Assembly: GCA_002269645.1 (NCBI GenBank)
Contig: NIVC01003024.1
Location: forward strand, 24,721 to 88,720
Reading direction: 5' to 3'
Origin: Macrostomum lignano
Lineage: Eukaryota
DNA: 64,000 nt
Part shown: positions 34,194-46,582 of the stretch, piece by piece
Numbering within the stretch: the first letter of the stretch is position 1
Layout: each line of letters opens with the position of its first letter
Program-made: the position numbers and the translations under genes
Notes under the pieces: generated by a model
The model's input: only the letters and a program-made list of their open reading frames with translations
The model's database searches: none
What the model was told of the DNA's origin: nothing

Positions 34194-34899
34194 AGCAAGC
34201 CACATGACTGATTGTGTCAATGGCAGCAAGCCACATTACTGATTGTGTCAATGGCAGCAAGCCACATGACTGATTGTGTCAATGGCAGCAAGCCACATGA
34301 CTGATTGTGTCAATGGCAGCAAGCCACATGACTGATTGTGTATATGGCAGCAAGCTACATGACTGATTGTGTCAATGGCAGCAAGCCACATGACTGATTG
34401 TGTCAATGGCAGCAAGCCACATTATTGATTGTGTCAATGGCAGCAAGCCACATGACTGATTGTGTCAATGGCAGCAAGCCACATTATTGATTGTGTCAAT
34501 GGCAGCAAGCCACATGACTGATTGTGTCAATGGCAGCAAGCCACATGACTGATTGTGTCAATGGCAGCAAGCCACATGACTGATTGTGTATATGGCAGCA
34601 AGCTACATGACTGATTGTGTCTATGGCAGCAAGCTACATGACTGATTGTGTCAATGGCAGCAAGCTACATGACTGATTGTGTATATGGCAGCAAGCCACA
34701 TGATTGATTGTGTCTATCGCAGAAAGCTAGCATGATTGATTGTAACTATGGCAGCAAGCCACATGACTGATTGTGTCAATGGCAGCAAGCCACATGACTG
34801 ATTGTGTCTATGGCAGCAAGCCACATGATTGATTGTGTCTATCGCAGAAAGCTAGCATGATTGATTGTAACTATGACACGTCGGAGGGTGAGGATCTGG

Positions 34900-35620
34900 G
34901 TGGTGGCGACGCCCCGACGTGGCCAGGCCAGAGCCTAGTATGGGTCCAGCACTTGCTGTAGCCGCTTCAGTAGGCTCAGCTTGTTGAAGAGCTTATTAGC
35001 AGCGGAGGAAGTCAGGGAGAAGCCTCGGGACTCTTCCTTCCGCGTGGTGCCTGGCTTTTTGGGGATCGCAACCAGTAGGTGGTCATCCACTCAACAGGAA
35101 CGGGGTCTCCGTCCAGAGCCCTGTTCATGCATGGTGTTCACCATCACCCTTCGGCCACTTGCGTGATCCGCAGAGCCTCACCGGGAGTATTGTCCGTAGC
35201 CTTGCCTCCTGCAGAGCGGCTCACCGCCTCTAGCAACTCGGTCACACGGTGATAGGTCATGCGTTGAAATCACCCTATCCTGGCACGGCTGGCAGCGACA
35301 CATCGGGGATGTCTTCCAGCTGCGGTGGGGCCAGAGCGTTCACAAAAAACTCCGCCAGCCGTTCGTCAGCTCGCTCGCCGCTAGATTGAGAAACGCCTCG
35401 GCGCCTGCGGCCTGTGAGCTCATTCTCACCGCGCTCCACACAAGTCCTGTGTTTCGCGTCGTGCCCCAGACAGACTGGATGACCTCTCTTCCCATTAGGT
35501 TTGCTAAGCCATCTACATGTATAGGAGGTCGCCAGTGCCGCCTTTGCTTCATCCGCCTCTGCAACTCGTCCAGCTCTCCAAAGTCTCTGCATCGCCAGCC
35601 GTGCCGCCTGCTCCTCCAGG
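34900..35620 (-). pseudogene. Decayed non-LTR (LINE) retrotransposon RT fragment
   Basis: LLVAIPKKPGTTRKEESRGFSLTSSAANKLFNKLSLLKRLQQVLDP corresponds to the LINE RT N-terminal IPKK...RxISL...KLFNK motif. Stops and frameshifts lie upstream. Confidence 0.7.
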
Positions 35621-38600
35621 TCCGCCTACCAAACTGGCTTACTTTAATTTCTGCATGCGCGGGTGTAGAGATCTCCAAAACACAGTACAAAATAAACTAC
35701 TATAAGTAGTAACGTAAAAATTCGAAAAACTCAAAAGCTAAAGATTCCAAATTGTCACACTCTATTTTTAAGACCACGAAAGCAACAAATGATCATCTTT
35801 TGCAACATTTAAATTTAGAACTCTGAATATGGTATTTGATTCTATAGGGGTCAAATTTCCAAAACCCAAAACTGTCCCCTACTAAAAATAATCAGTTTTT
35901 CACGAAATTTTCCTATAAATACAAGCCAAAATCCGAGCTAAAAATCTCAGACTCGGAGCAGCCTCAAAACACCTTGAGCTGACTGCAGAAGCTAATCGAG
36001 GCTACATCTCTGAGGGAGAAGTAAACCAATTGGTGAGCCTTTGTTCGAGCCCTTGTTATTTGGATTACTGAGAGCGATTTTATTGCCGGCCGTTATTGAT
36101 CAGTTGATTTAAACTGAGTTCACTGAATTTGAGGCCTCCCATTTTCCTAAGGGATTGGATAGGATCTGCGGACCGATTCCGATACCCTTAGAAGATTATC
36201 GATTTATTGATTTGGATTATCCTAGAGAAACCGATAGGAGCACACCACTCGACGACGTCGACGGATTAAATTGTTACGCTCTCACTTTCGGCCGATTTTA
36301 GACTTCAAGAAGACTACCCCGGGAGGAACAGCTCTACAGAGACGAGCTCTTCAAACACGCGCGACAAAGAAGAGGAGCCCGCAACAGTAAGTGATCACTG
36401 CATTTTGTTCCCAGGCTTAAGTGTCTGGAAGTGGGAGTTTTCGGGTGACTGATCACCTGCACTCGATCAAACTCTTCACTCTTCACGGCTGCGCAAATCT
36501 CGGTATCGCCGGTTATGTATGGCCTTAATCCTTTGATGAAATCCGTGAGCGCACGGGCCAAAGTCGTCCAAGTTTCATGGTTCTCCTGGGCCCTATAAAG
36601 AAGAAGTGATCGAGGATCCCGCTTTTGGGTGGGCGGTACGTTAGTGATCTCAAGGACTACTTAAGTAGAAGGACGCAAGACTCAGAATTGGTGAAAATTT
36701 CATTGGAGGCCGATTTTTCAATGTATCTCCTGTGTACGCTATTAATCGTTAGATGCTTATATTTTTGCGCAGAATATAGGCAGTAACATATGCCCTTTCA
36801 TTTAGGACATCAATAAGTTGAACAATTCGGACTTTAACACCTCAAAATACTTGTCAACAGTACAGTATCCGTCTAAAAGTGCTGATTTTATTATGTCAAA
36901 ACAAACAAGAAAAAACGTGAAAAGAGACCAAACTAGCAAGTAGATAAGGATACTTAAGTAGTATACTTAAATATATACGTTACTTCAGTCGTCCTTGAGT
37001 GATCTGAATGTATGTGGAGCCATGCAGTGTCTTGATGGTGTAACAGTCGGTCACGTGATGGAACTCGCAGAAACTCGTGGTTCCCACTGCATTGCCCAGT
37101 CTCTGGATGGAAACTGGCGGGCCACCGCGCCGCTGCAGCTGCTGTGCATGCAGCCTCCATTTGCAGTCGATGAAAAGGTTACCGGACTCTCATGCGGCTG
37201 CTTTCAGAAGATGTTGGCTGAGAAGATCCAGACATAGTGAAGCAAATTTAATTGTTTAAAACATTGGAATGTTCGCAGAAATTCAGCAGCAGATACAAAT
37301 CAATCGATCCCGAAATACAATTTTTCGGTGACCAAACATTTCGTCAACCGGCATTCCGTCAACCAGACATGACGTCAACTCAGCAAATTGTAGCTGATTA
37401 TTATAGACCAGCTAGAGAAAGTGAAAAGTGGTATTGCGACGTCAAATTTATTTAAAACGTGCACACTTTTTGGAAGTAAATTTTCGTAGAAACGCTCGGC
37501 CCTCAATGGTGCGCGTCGGCGTGTCGCGCCTTGGGGTTGCATCGTGCAGCTGAACAATGCCCCGCGGGCGTCGGCGAGCTGCAAAATGCCCTGTTTGCCG
37601 TAAGGGCTTCAATGATGGTAATGACGGACTGGACTGCGACAGCTGCAGGAAATGGAGTAGAAATAATTTTTTTATGCAGGCGCATTTCTACATTGCATTT
37701 TTCATATCATTTTTAATACATCATATCCTCGATCCTCTTTGTGTCTTAGTCTTAGTAAGAGCAGCATTCCTACTTTTGAGTTTTAGCTATTTATCTACTT
37801 TTAAAAACTAATTAGTACCACAGATACTCCATACTCCAAATCCATGGTTGTTCATTTGTTTGCATATGATTATGAATACTATGCACACATCTGAAGTATA
37901 TAATATAAATAATATTTTTTAGTGTCTAAAAACAAATAGGCCTAATCAAGGCCTATAATATCAGAAGGCCTATTAAAATTTGAATTAGTACTACTAGTAG
38001 AATTACCTAGTATATAATATATTGTTGGTTGGACTAGTGGGGCTAGCTAGGCTATTAGGATAGGCTTGTATTAGTTAGAAAAAAAACAAGAAAAAGAGAG
38101 ACCTAAATAAGAATTGGAATAAATATTCCAATATTATAAATTTATATTTTATTAAGAAAATATTGGCCAAATACGTAGGTAAGCCTGAGTAGGCCTAGTT
38201 AGCCTAGTTTAACTAATCCTAATTGAGTTAGACACTATTGTTATCAAGATATACATTATATAGCCTCTCTCTAGGTCTAGTCTAAGGCTGGCTAAGCTTT
38301 TAATAAACTATAAGTCTTAAAATGAATCTTTAAAATAATTTTTATGAGTTTTTTAAATTCTTTTTTTAGATATTTAAAATAGTATTGATTACATTATTTT
38401 TCTTTATAAATAGGCCTTAATATAAACAGTTTGATTACTTTTCATAATATTTTTGTATATTACATGTATTCATATTTCTAGTATTGCTAAGTTATATCAC
38501 TTTACGTCTTTAGGTAAGTAAAATATTAGAGATATTTTCATTGACTAAATTCATAGGCCCAACTTTAAATGTATAAATAAATTACATTTTACCTTCTTAA

Positions 38601-39251
38601 TACTTATTAAGTGTTATACTCATAGTTTTCAGTTTACAATTATATCAATATAGTGTAGGCCCGATACTTAAAGTTCAATATGATTTTATTTTGGCATGAC
38701 ATAAGCACGGGGCCTTCTACTTTGTTTTATATAATATAAAATAGATTCCCATAGCCGTAGTTATTTAGGTGGGGATAGAGAAGAATTTTCTTGGAATGGG
38801 CAGCTTTGAAAATTTGCTAACACCAATGAGGTGGGGCGGATTCCTGTTTGGATTGCCACCAGCATTGAGTTCGCACAAATAAAGCCAGAAAATTGCGCAG
38901 ACGAATCAAAATGAATTTTTTCTCCTTTTACTCTAATAGCCGGGTCTTCAAGTCTGGAGGGAGGGTAGTCATAATCGTAGCAAAGCGGTTGTATAGCGGC
39001 CCAGTCATTCAAATTTGTAGACTCAATGGTCTAGACACCATAAATCTGTTTCTGAGTTATTGAGCTGATTACTATTAGTAGAATAGTGCTGATACCACTA
39101 TAATTTCGTATTATGGAACGTTGAGATCTCAGAGCTCGTTTGGAGATGAGATGAGTTTGGTTGTTTAATGCCCCACAGGCAAATAACTCAAGATAAACTG
39201 TCAAGGGCTTTGATAAATGAACAACTAGTAAATTATTAATAATAATTATTG

Positions 39252-39403
39252 TGTTCCAGGGGAAACTCCTATCCTATTATTTCACCGTGCTGCAGACCTA
39301 GTTGTCTGTCTAAAATTACTCAATGTCTACTTTAAATATTCTAAACTATGAATTTTTCCTAGGAATTCCTAACTCATGCGATTTCTTAGAAAACCTTGTG
39401 ATA
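39252..39403 (-). repeat. 152-bp LTR-like block, direct repeat of 54577-54728
   Basis: 6 differences over 152 nt by manual comparison. In element orientation it reads TATCAC...GGAACA. I found no adjacent PPT or TSD. Confidence 0.8.
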
Positions 39404-39655
39404 TCTAGAGTCCTGGTTTTGGGTCTCCACAACCTCTGGTTTCCCTATCTAGAATCCTGGGTTTGGGTCTCCACAACCTCTGGTTTCCCTATCTAGAATC
39501 CTGGGTTTGGGTCTCCACAACCTCTGGTTTCCTTATCTAGAATCCTGGGTTTGGGTCTCCACGACCTCTGGTTTCCTTATCTAGAATCCTGGTTTTGGGT
39601 CTCCACGACCTCTGGTTTCCTTATCTAGAATCCTGTTTTGGGTCTTCACGACGTC
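39404..39655. repeat. 44-bp tandem repeat (about 5 copies)
   Basis: Unit CTAGAATCCTGGGTTTGGGTCTCCACAACCTCTGGTTTCCCTAT. Confidence 0.9.
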
Positions 39656-40029
39656 TAGTTTTTCTATCTTATGAAAGAAATACCAAGATAAGTCTTAGCC
39701 AAATTTAGATTTGTTTCACTAAAAGATTCTCGCAAGAATAATTAAAAGCAAATATTAAGAATGAGCGCCAAGGTTATATTTTTTAGTGTCAACCTGATTT
39801 CTTTTATATAGAAAAATTTGGGAAAGGTGAGATGCATTTTAACAATTACTAAAATTATAACAAAATAATTCGATTTGTTTAGGGAATTTAAACAAATGGG
39901 AAGAAAATTTGGCATGTAGTGGCATGTTAAAGATAGTTATGATGAACAGGAATACAGAACTAAAGTACAGACATAATAAACATGATTAAACAATGACAGC
40001 ATGTGAGCATATAAATAATGTACACAAGC

Positions 40030-41245
40030 ATGTGAGCAAAGTATAAGTAATGAGCATGTGAGCAAAGTATAAGTAATGAGCATGTGAGCAAAGTATAAGT
40101 AATGAGCATGTGAGCAAAGTATAAGTAATGAGCATGTGAGCAAAGTATAAGTAATGAGCATGTGAGCAAAGTATAAGTAATGAGCATGTGAGCAAAGTAT
40201 AAGTAATGAGCATGTGAGCAAAGTATAAGTAATGAGCATGTGAGCAAAGTATAAGTAATGAGCATGTGAGCAAAGTATAAGTAATGAGCATGTGAGAAAA
40301 GTATAAGTAATGAGCATGTGAGCAAAGTATAAGTAATGAGCATGTGAGCAAAGTATAAGTAATGAGCATGTGAGCAAAGTATAAGTAATGAGCATGTGAG
40401 CAAAGTATAAGTAATGAGCATGTGAGCAAAGTATAAGTAATGAGCATGTGAGCAAAGTATAAGTAATGAGCATGTGAGCAAAAGTAAAAGTAATGAGCAT
40501 GTGAGAAAAGTATAAGTAATGAGCATGTGAGCAAAAGTATAAGTAATGAGCATGTGAGCAAAGTATAAGTAATGAGCATGTGAGCAAAGTATAAGTAATG
40601 AGCATGTGAGCAAAGTATAAGTAATGAGCATGTGAGCAAAGTATAAGTAATGAGCATGTGAGCAAAGTATAAGTAATGAGCATGTGAGCAAAGTATAAGT
40701 AATGAGCATGTGAGCAAAAGTAAAAGTAATGAGCATGTGAGAAAAGTATAAGTAATGAGCATGTGAGCAAAAGTATAAGTAATGAGCATGTGAGAAAAGT
40801 ATAAGTAATGAGCATGTGAGCAAAAGTATAAGTAATGAGCATGTGAGCAAAGTATAAGTAATGAGCATGTGAGCAAAGTATAAGTAATGAGCATGTGAGC
40901 AAAGTATAAGTAATAAGCATGAGAAAAGTATAAGTAATGAGCATGTGAGCAAAAGTATAAGTAATGAGCATGTGAGAAAAGTATAAGTAATGAGCATGTG
41001 AGCAAAAGTATAAGTAATGAGCATGTGAGCAAAGTATAAGTAATGAGCATGTGAGCAAAGTATAAGTAATGAGCATGTGAGCAAAGTATAAGTAATAAGC
41101 ATGTGAGCAAAGTATAAATAATGAGCATGTGAGCAAAGTATAAGTAATGAGCATGTGAGCAAAAGTATAAGTAATGAGCATGTGAGCAAAGTATAAGTAA
41201 TGAGCATGTGAGCAAAGTATAAGTAATGAGCTTGTGAGCAAAAGT
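40030..41245. repeat. 26/27-bp minisatellite (about 46 copies)
   Basis: Unit GAGCATGTGAGCAAAGTATAAGTAAT. The 421-434 aa ORFs here are artefacts. Confidence 0.98.
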
Positions 41246-41604
41246 ATACATAGATATTTAACATAGTAACCTAAGGCATGAGCAATGTTATGTACTAAAA
41301 GTATTACTAAAGCTTAGCCAGAAAAGAAATTAGTGTCTACTTATTTAGTTCATGTTGAACTCCAGCGGTAGGCTGTCCTCGACTGGCCAGCCGAGATCGG
41401 CGGCCATCCAGCACACCTCGAATCTGAGTTGCAACTGCTGATAGGCCCAGCCGGCCTGATGAATAGTTTGTAGTGAGTACCAAACCGCCCTGCGCCAGGC
41501 AGCTATGCTCTGCTCATGACTAAATTCTCAGCGCAGCGTTTTAAGCACATCTTTTGGTTCTGCAGCCTGCGGCATAAACCCTCGCCCATCCAGGCGAAGC
41601 AGGG

Positions 41605-42594
41605 CTACATGGCATAAATAATTTTTAGTTGGCGGATCAAGTACTTATAGTATTCATGACGATGCCTGGGGATGGATGACAGCACAGCCGAAAAGTTGGC
41701 GCCCAACTGCATTTGCAGATGTTGATAGGCTGGTCGCGCCGTTCGCCAATATTCTGGCGCGGCGGGCAGTTCCTGTTGAATGCTTTCAGCAGCTGCTTCC
41801 ATCCACTGCCGTGGCATTGCTGAGGTTGTCGACACAGCAACCTGCGGCACGGAGAGCCTGGTTGCCGAAGGGATCTGTTGCTGCTGTTGCCGCGGCTCTC
41901 GCTTAGGGAGGATCATCCGCGGATGCTTGGCAATGAGATGTTGGGTAGCTGTAGCGCCTTCAGGCTGCCACTTGATGAGGGCTTGGCTGACTTCTACCAG
42001 CTTTTCTGCCTGTCTTTTAAGCAAGGCGGCCCAAGCCCCTGGCTCATGCGGCACAGGCTGTTTAGCCGGTTTGATTACTATTGATTTTAGCCTCTGAGTT
42101 GGTCTTGACGGCGAGGCAGTTGCTTTGGTTGTTGATACGTATACCGCCTCTTGTTGGCTGCTGTTGACATGGTGGGTGTACACTGCCTCTTGTCTGGTGC
42201 TGGGATGCTGGGCGTACACTGCCTCCTGCTGGCTGCCGCTGGGATGCTGGGCGTACACCGCCTCCTGCTGGCTGCCGCTGGGATGTTGGGTGTACACCGC
42301 CTCCTGCTGGCTGCCGCTGGGATGTTGGGCATACACCGCCTCCTGCTGGCTGCCGCTGATTTAGTGGGCATACACCACCTCACTCTGACTGCTATTACTC
42401 ATCTGAGTGTGTGCTGCCTGACTACTGCTAGGGTGCTGGGCGTTTACCGCCTCTTGCTGGCTGTCTACCTGGGTGTTTACCGCCTCTTTCGGTCTATCTA
42501 GAATTCGGGCATCTACTGCCTCCTCTTCCTGGTCCTTGCACAAATCAACTTTAAAACTTGCTAGTAACTGATCAAATGCTTCAAAATCCTCCAT
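41605..42594 (-). pseudogene. Accessory ORF (about 330 codons, one in-frame TAA at 42361-42363) downstream of the gypsy pol; function unknown
   Basis: ORFs 42361-42594 and 41605-42336 share one frame and the repeat QEAV(Y/N)AQHPSGSQ. The C-terminal half is non-repetitive. Confidence 0.5.
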
Positions 42595-42666
42595 TATAGC
42601 TGCTTTGGTTTAAATTCTGATAACTCTGGATTCTATTGTGGTCCCTCCCCTGGCCCCGTGTGTCCC

Positions 42667-42798
42667 TTTTATATAATTTGTTTCCCCCCCCATTGAGTTT
42701 ATTTCAACAAACTTAACTTGTTTTAATCTGTACAAATTATCTTATTGGCCGTTGCGCAATAAAACACTTGATTTAAACTGCAACTAGATTCCTATTGG
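42667..42798 (-). promoter_or_regulatory. Putative Pol II promoter (two CCAAT boxes + TATA) for the accessory ORF
   Basis: On the minus strand: CCAAT at 42794-42798 and 42744-42748, TATAAAA at 42667-42673, ATG at 42594. Confidence 0.4.
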
Positions 42799-45077
42799 CT
42801 GGCTAAAAGTTTAGTTTCTCTAATAGTCTCCATACAGTAGCAAGTTTTTTTAGATAACACTGGCATTTGACTGGTGGCCTAGTATGGCTGCGTGTGTTAT
42901 ATGGTTTGATTTTATTACCCTCTTTATCTAGCGTACCCCCATTCTCAGTGTGGCCCGCATGCGCGCCTTCTCCTTCCCCCTGTTCTGTTTCGCGTCTGTT
43001 ATCGATCGTTACTTCTCCCCCCTCTTGCTCTGACCTCTCCATCTCCTCTTCCACTAGGCTCTCATGTTGCATATTATTTTCTATCCCAGCTTCTGACTCC
43101 GCTTCCAATTCTGATTCATTCTCATATACTGATTGTTCATTTTCACAAATCTTGCAAAACCACTTCGGTTGTTCCTCATCAGAGCTTTCTTCTTCTAATT
43201 CAATAACTGGTTCCTCTAGTCTATTCTTTCTGGCGTGGCTTCCCTTGCCTGACTGTCCTACCTCCTGCTGATTTCCTTTATTTAAATGCTTAGCTTTTGT
43301 CTAGCTTTCGTTATTAATAATTTCTACTGTCTCAGTGCTCTTCTGGCTTCCCTTATCTATTGGCTCTTTCACAGAGTTTGGCACTGGGGCCATGTTATCC
43401 CTGTGTACTAATAACTTGTTGCCTACTAAATTGCCTTCTTCTTCTTTCTGAATCTTAAAAACTACTTCTAAAATTTGCTTAAGCACCCTAAAGGCGGCTC
43501 TCTTTTTCCTATGAAACTTGTTAGACTCGTCAATGTTAAGTTGTGGATTATTAATCAACACTAGGCTTCCTACTTCAATAACCTTAGGTTTCTTCTGATT
43601 CTCAGCGTCTATCTGTCTCTTGTCATGTACTTTCTCAAACTTTCCTTTAACTATTTTTCTGGCACTCTCTAATCTTTCGGCATGCTCAGCTACATAAGTC
43701 GGATAATTAGCATATTGATTTGGCTCTTTACGTTCGCTGTCTATGGGCAAAACTGCCTCTCTGCCAAACAATAAGAAATGCGGCAAATAGCCTCTAGTTT
43801 GATTAACGCTAGTTCTAACTGCAACTAAGGCGGCTGGAATTAATAAATCCCAATTGCTGTGATCCTTTTTTATCAGGCATGTGATTATTGATTTGACCTG
43901 TTTGTTAAACCTCTCAACTAAACCATTGCTTTGAGCGTGATATGGAGTTGTGAAAGTATGCTTCACATTGTACAACTCACAAAATGCACTAAATTGCTTA
44001 CTACACTGCGGTGCAAAAAGGTCCAAAAAAAAGTCCACACAAGGTCCAAATTGTAAGGTCTGCAGCGTCGATATTTTTGGACCTCTGAAGGTCCAATTTT
44101 TGAGGTCCATTTTTGAGGTCCAAATTGTTAGAATAAGGTCCAAATTGCAAGGTCCGCAGCGTCGATATTTTTGGACCTCCAAATGTCCATTTTAAAAAAG
44201 GGTCCGCTTTTTAAGGTCCAAATTGTTAGAAAAATGTCCAAATTGAAGGGCCCAAAGTGTCAATTTTTGGACCTCTGAAAGACCATTTCTCTCTAAAAAA
44301 TATGCATTTTTCGATCCAAATTAAAAGGTCCATTTTAGAGGGGTCCGAGCTTTAAGGATTGCAATCATTGCATGCCCTTTTGGAGGGTCGATTTCATGAA
44401 TTAATAAAGGAAGTCACTAAAGGCCAAGAATGTTTTCTGTAATATTAACAACTCATCACTTGCAAGTAATGAGTTGCATATAAAATATAATGTACACATT
44501 ATAAACGTCTTTACACTAGCAACAGTAAAGTAAAAAGCTCTAGCATGCATACATGAAAAGCAGAGGCATATAGTTTCCATTTTGATATGCAAAAAAGTTA
44601 ACAAAACACACCTTGTATAGCATAGAAGACTGGACAAAATTCCACAGAAAGCCACATTATAGAACACACAAAAAGTAAAAGTGCACGAACACCCCGGCTG
44701 CAATTTGACAACATTCCAACAAGGATTTAAACAGACTTTATAATGTGGCAAATGGATACCCATTGAATTAAATGTTTGTTTTGTGCACCCTTCATTTTTA
44801 TTATCTCACAGACAGAAAAACTGCAAAGTACAAAAATGCATTCTCATTTCTAAAAATGCAAATCGAACATTTGGAACACAAAATGGACTAAATAAACTAT
44901 GATATTGTGTCTGCAAAAATACACCGTTTCCATAATTCCATTATACCATTTCCATTATTCCATTATCTATCCTGTAGGAATATCTTATATCTAGGGATAA
45001 AACTACTCGAGCACAAGAAAGTCAGATAGCTCAACTAATCGGTTTTTGAAAATGAAGGCAATGCAATGAAACAGCAA

Positions 45078-46484
45078 CTACAGAAAAGATACAATAACAG
45101 TCTTGGTGGAGCTACGTGAAACAGCAGACCGGCTGCGCAGCTTGGCCAGAACCTCAATCGTCTCGAGGAATGGTTCCAGGAAGGGGACATGCTGTAGGTT
45201 GAAAGCAACATACATGATGATGAAGACAATGACGGTATCCGCTGCATTATCAAACACCAGGGTAGCACCATTGACAGAAACGCCAGACCACTTGCTGTTC
45301 TCGACAATTCTTACGAGAAGACCATCGCAAAAAATCTTCTTGGCATCAATCTTCAGCCGACCAAGAAGAAGACAGACTGCAGCACACAATTTTTCGTCAT
45401 CAGAGTCGACAGCATCCGCATATTTTTTGCAGAACTTGTAGTTTTTTAGGTGTTTTCTATTGTTGTATATTTTCATCAGCGCTGCCGTAATGTTAGTCCG
45501 AATCTCATTTGGACCTGATGCACAAATATAGTCTGTCTTGCTTTTATTGTACTCCTCAATCATCAGATGAGTCTCTTGAAGAATGACAAGCAATAAAGTT
45601 AGCAGTCGGTAAAGTTCAACTTCCTCGGCAACAGTTTTATCCTGGCATCGTGAAATTCGCACAGGAAATAGCACATGCATTTCATCCAGCACTTCCAAAA
45701 TACTGACTCTGCCAAAATCAGAATTCAGTTGCTCTCGTCGCTGTTCATGGCTAGGGGGTACGGTGCCATCATTTTCAAAATCTACACTTTTATTCATGAC
45801 ACTTCGACAGTCGGGCTCAACTGGTCGATGCTCAAATGGTGGTTGCTCATCATCACCAGAGTTGTCAATGGGTTCATCAACACCATCATCACCCAATTCA
45901 TCAGCTGAAGTGTCGCTAGTGGGAGCACATGCAGCAGCAGCAGCAGTTACTTTGCGCTTCCTCCCATGCTTGCCACACATTTGCAAAACAATTGGGCTTG
46001 TGAATGATGTAAGCTTTCTGCTGTGTAGGTCCTTCAAGCGATGGCAAATCTTAATTCGCCAAAAATGGAACCCTTCAGGCGAATCGTCCCGGAGGCCAGA
46101 ATAGGTTGCAATTATGGCACAGCAGATATCGCAAATTTCAACACCAGACAAATATGGATTGTCTTCAGACTTGAACTGTTGAAAGACGTCCTCAATAATG
46201 AACTTTAGAAACCGGTTTACAAATGTTGGGTTAACTTTGAACTCTGCACCCTTTTCTGGATTGAGCCGAAGTTCGCGAAGAGCGTCACTCAATTTGCCCA
46301 TCCGAGGCAGGGTATAGACCTCAGGCCACGGTAAGCTACCAGCAGCTGCTCCACCTGGCATGCTCACTCCAGTAGATCCTACAAGTTCGGAGCTACTGGC
46401 TTGCTGTCTGGCAGGAGTGCTTGGCATGAAAAGTGTCTCATTTGATGGCTTTGATACACAGTCCAAAAGCTCGCCTTGAAGCAA
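45078..46484 (-). CDS. EnSpm second ORF (SAMD3-like transposon-associated protein), probably spliced at its 5' end
   Basis: 468-codon open frame. CCAIIATYSGLRDDSPEGFHFWRIKICHRLKD resembles the companion ORF of animal EnSpm elements. There is no ATG at the frame start; an acceptor-like TTCAAG is near 46477. Confidence 0.6.
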   Translation of the reverse strand: MLQGELLDCVSKPSNETLFMPSTPARQQASSSELVGSTGVSMPGGAAAGSLPWPEVYTLPRMGKLSDALRELRLNPEKGAEFKVNPTFVNRFLKFIIEDVFQQFKSEDNPYLSGVEICDICCAIIATYSGLRDDSPEGFHFWRIKICHRLKDLHSRKLTSFTSPIVLQMCGKHGRKRKVTAAAAACAPTSDTSADELGDDGVDEPIDNSGDDEQPPFEHRPVEPDCRSVMNKSVDFENDGTVPPSHEQRREQLNSDFGRVSILEVLDEMHVLFPVRISRCQDKTVAEEVELYRLLTLLLVILQETHLMIEEYNKSKTDYICASGPNEIRTNITAALMKIYNNRKHLKNYKFCKKYADAVDSDDEKLCAAVCLLLGRLKIDAKKIFCDGLLVRIVENSKWSGVSVNGATLVFDNAADTVIVFIIMYVAFNLQHVPFLEPFLETIEVLAKLRSRSAVSRSSTKTVIVSFL

Positions 46485-46582
46485 AAAGTAAACAAAATTG
46501 TTGTTGATAAGTTTACTAAAAAGTATATATCATTGAGCTACAAGTTGGAACATATTGGACTACTTTTATTGCTATTATTTTT

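Larger units (their letters stand above)
26217..34875. repeat. 31-bp satellite array split into three blocks by two TE insertions
   Basis: Unit GGCAGCAAGCCACATGACTGATTGTGTC(T/A/G)AT. Blocks at about 26217-27189, 31675-32502 and 34194-34875. Confidence 0.96.

Noticed and set aside
36334-37240. Gag-like FIKGLRPYI fragment and a minus-strand frame of about 85 codons with an internal TGA
   Set aside because: Too short and lacking recognisable motifs or starts to support a call.
43950-44350. ORF start MEVQKYRRCGPC... fused to the integrase
   Set aside because: This is read-through from the EnSpm subterminal repeats; the true integrase continues at 49703.
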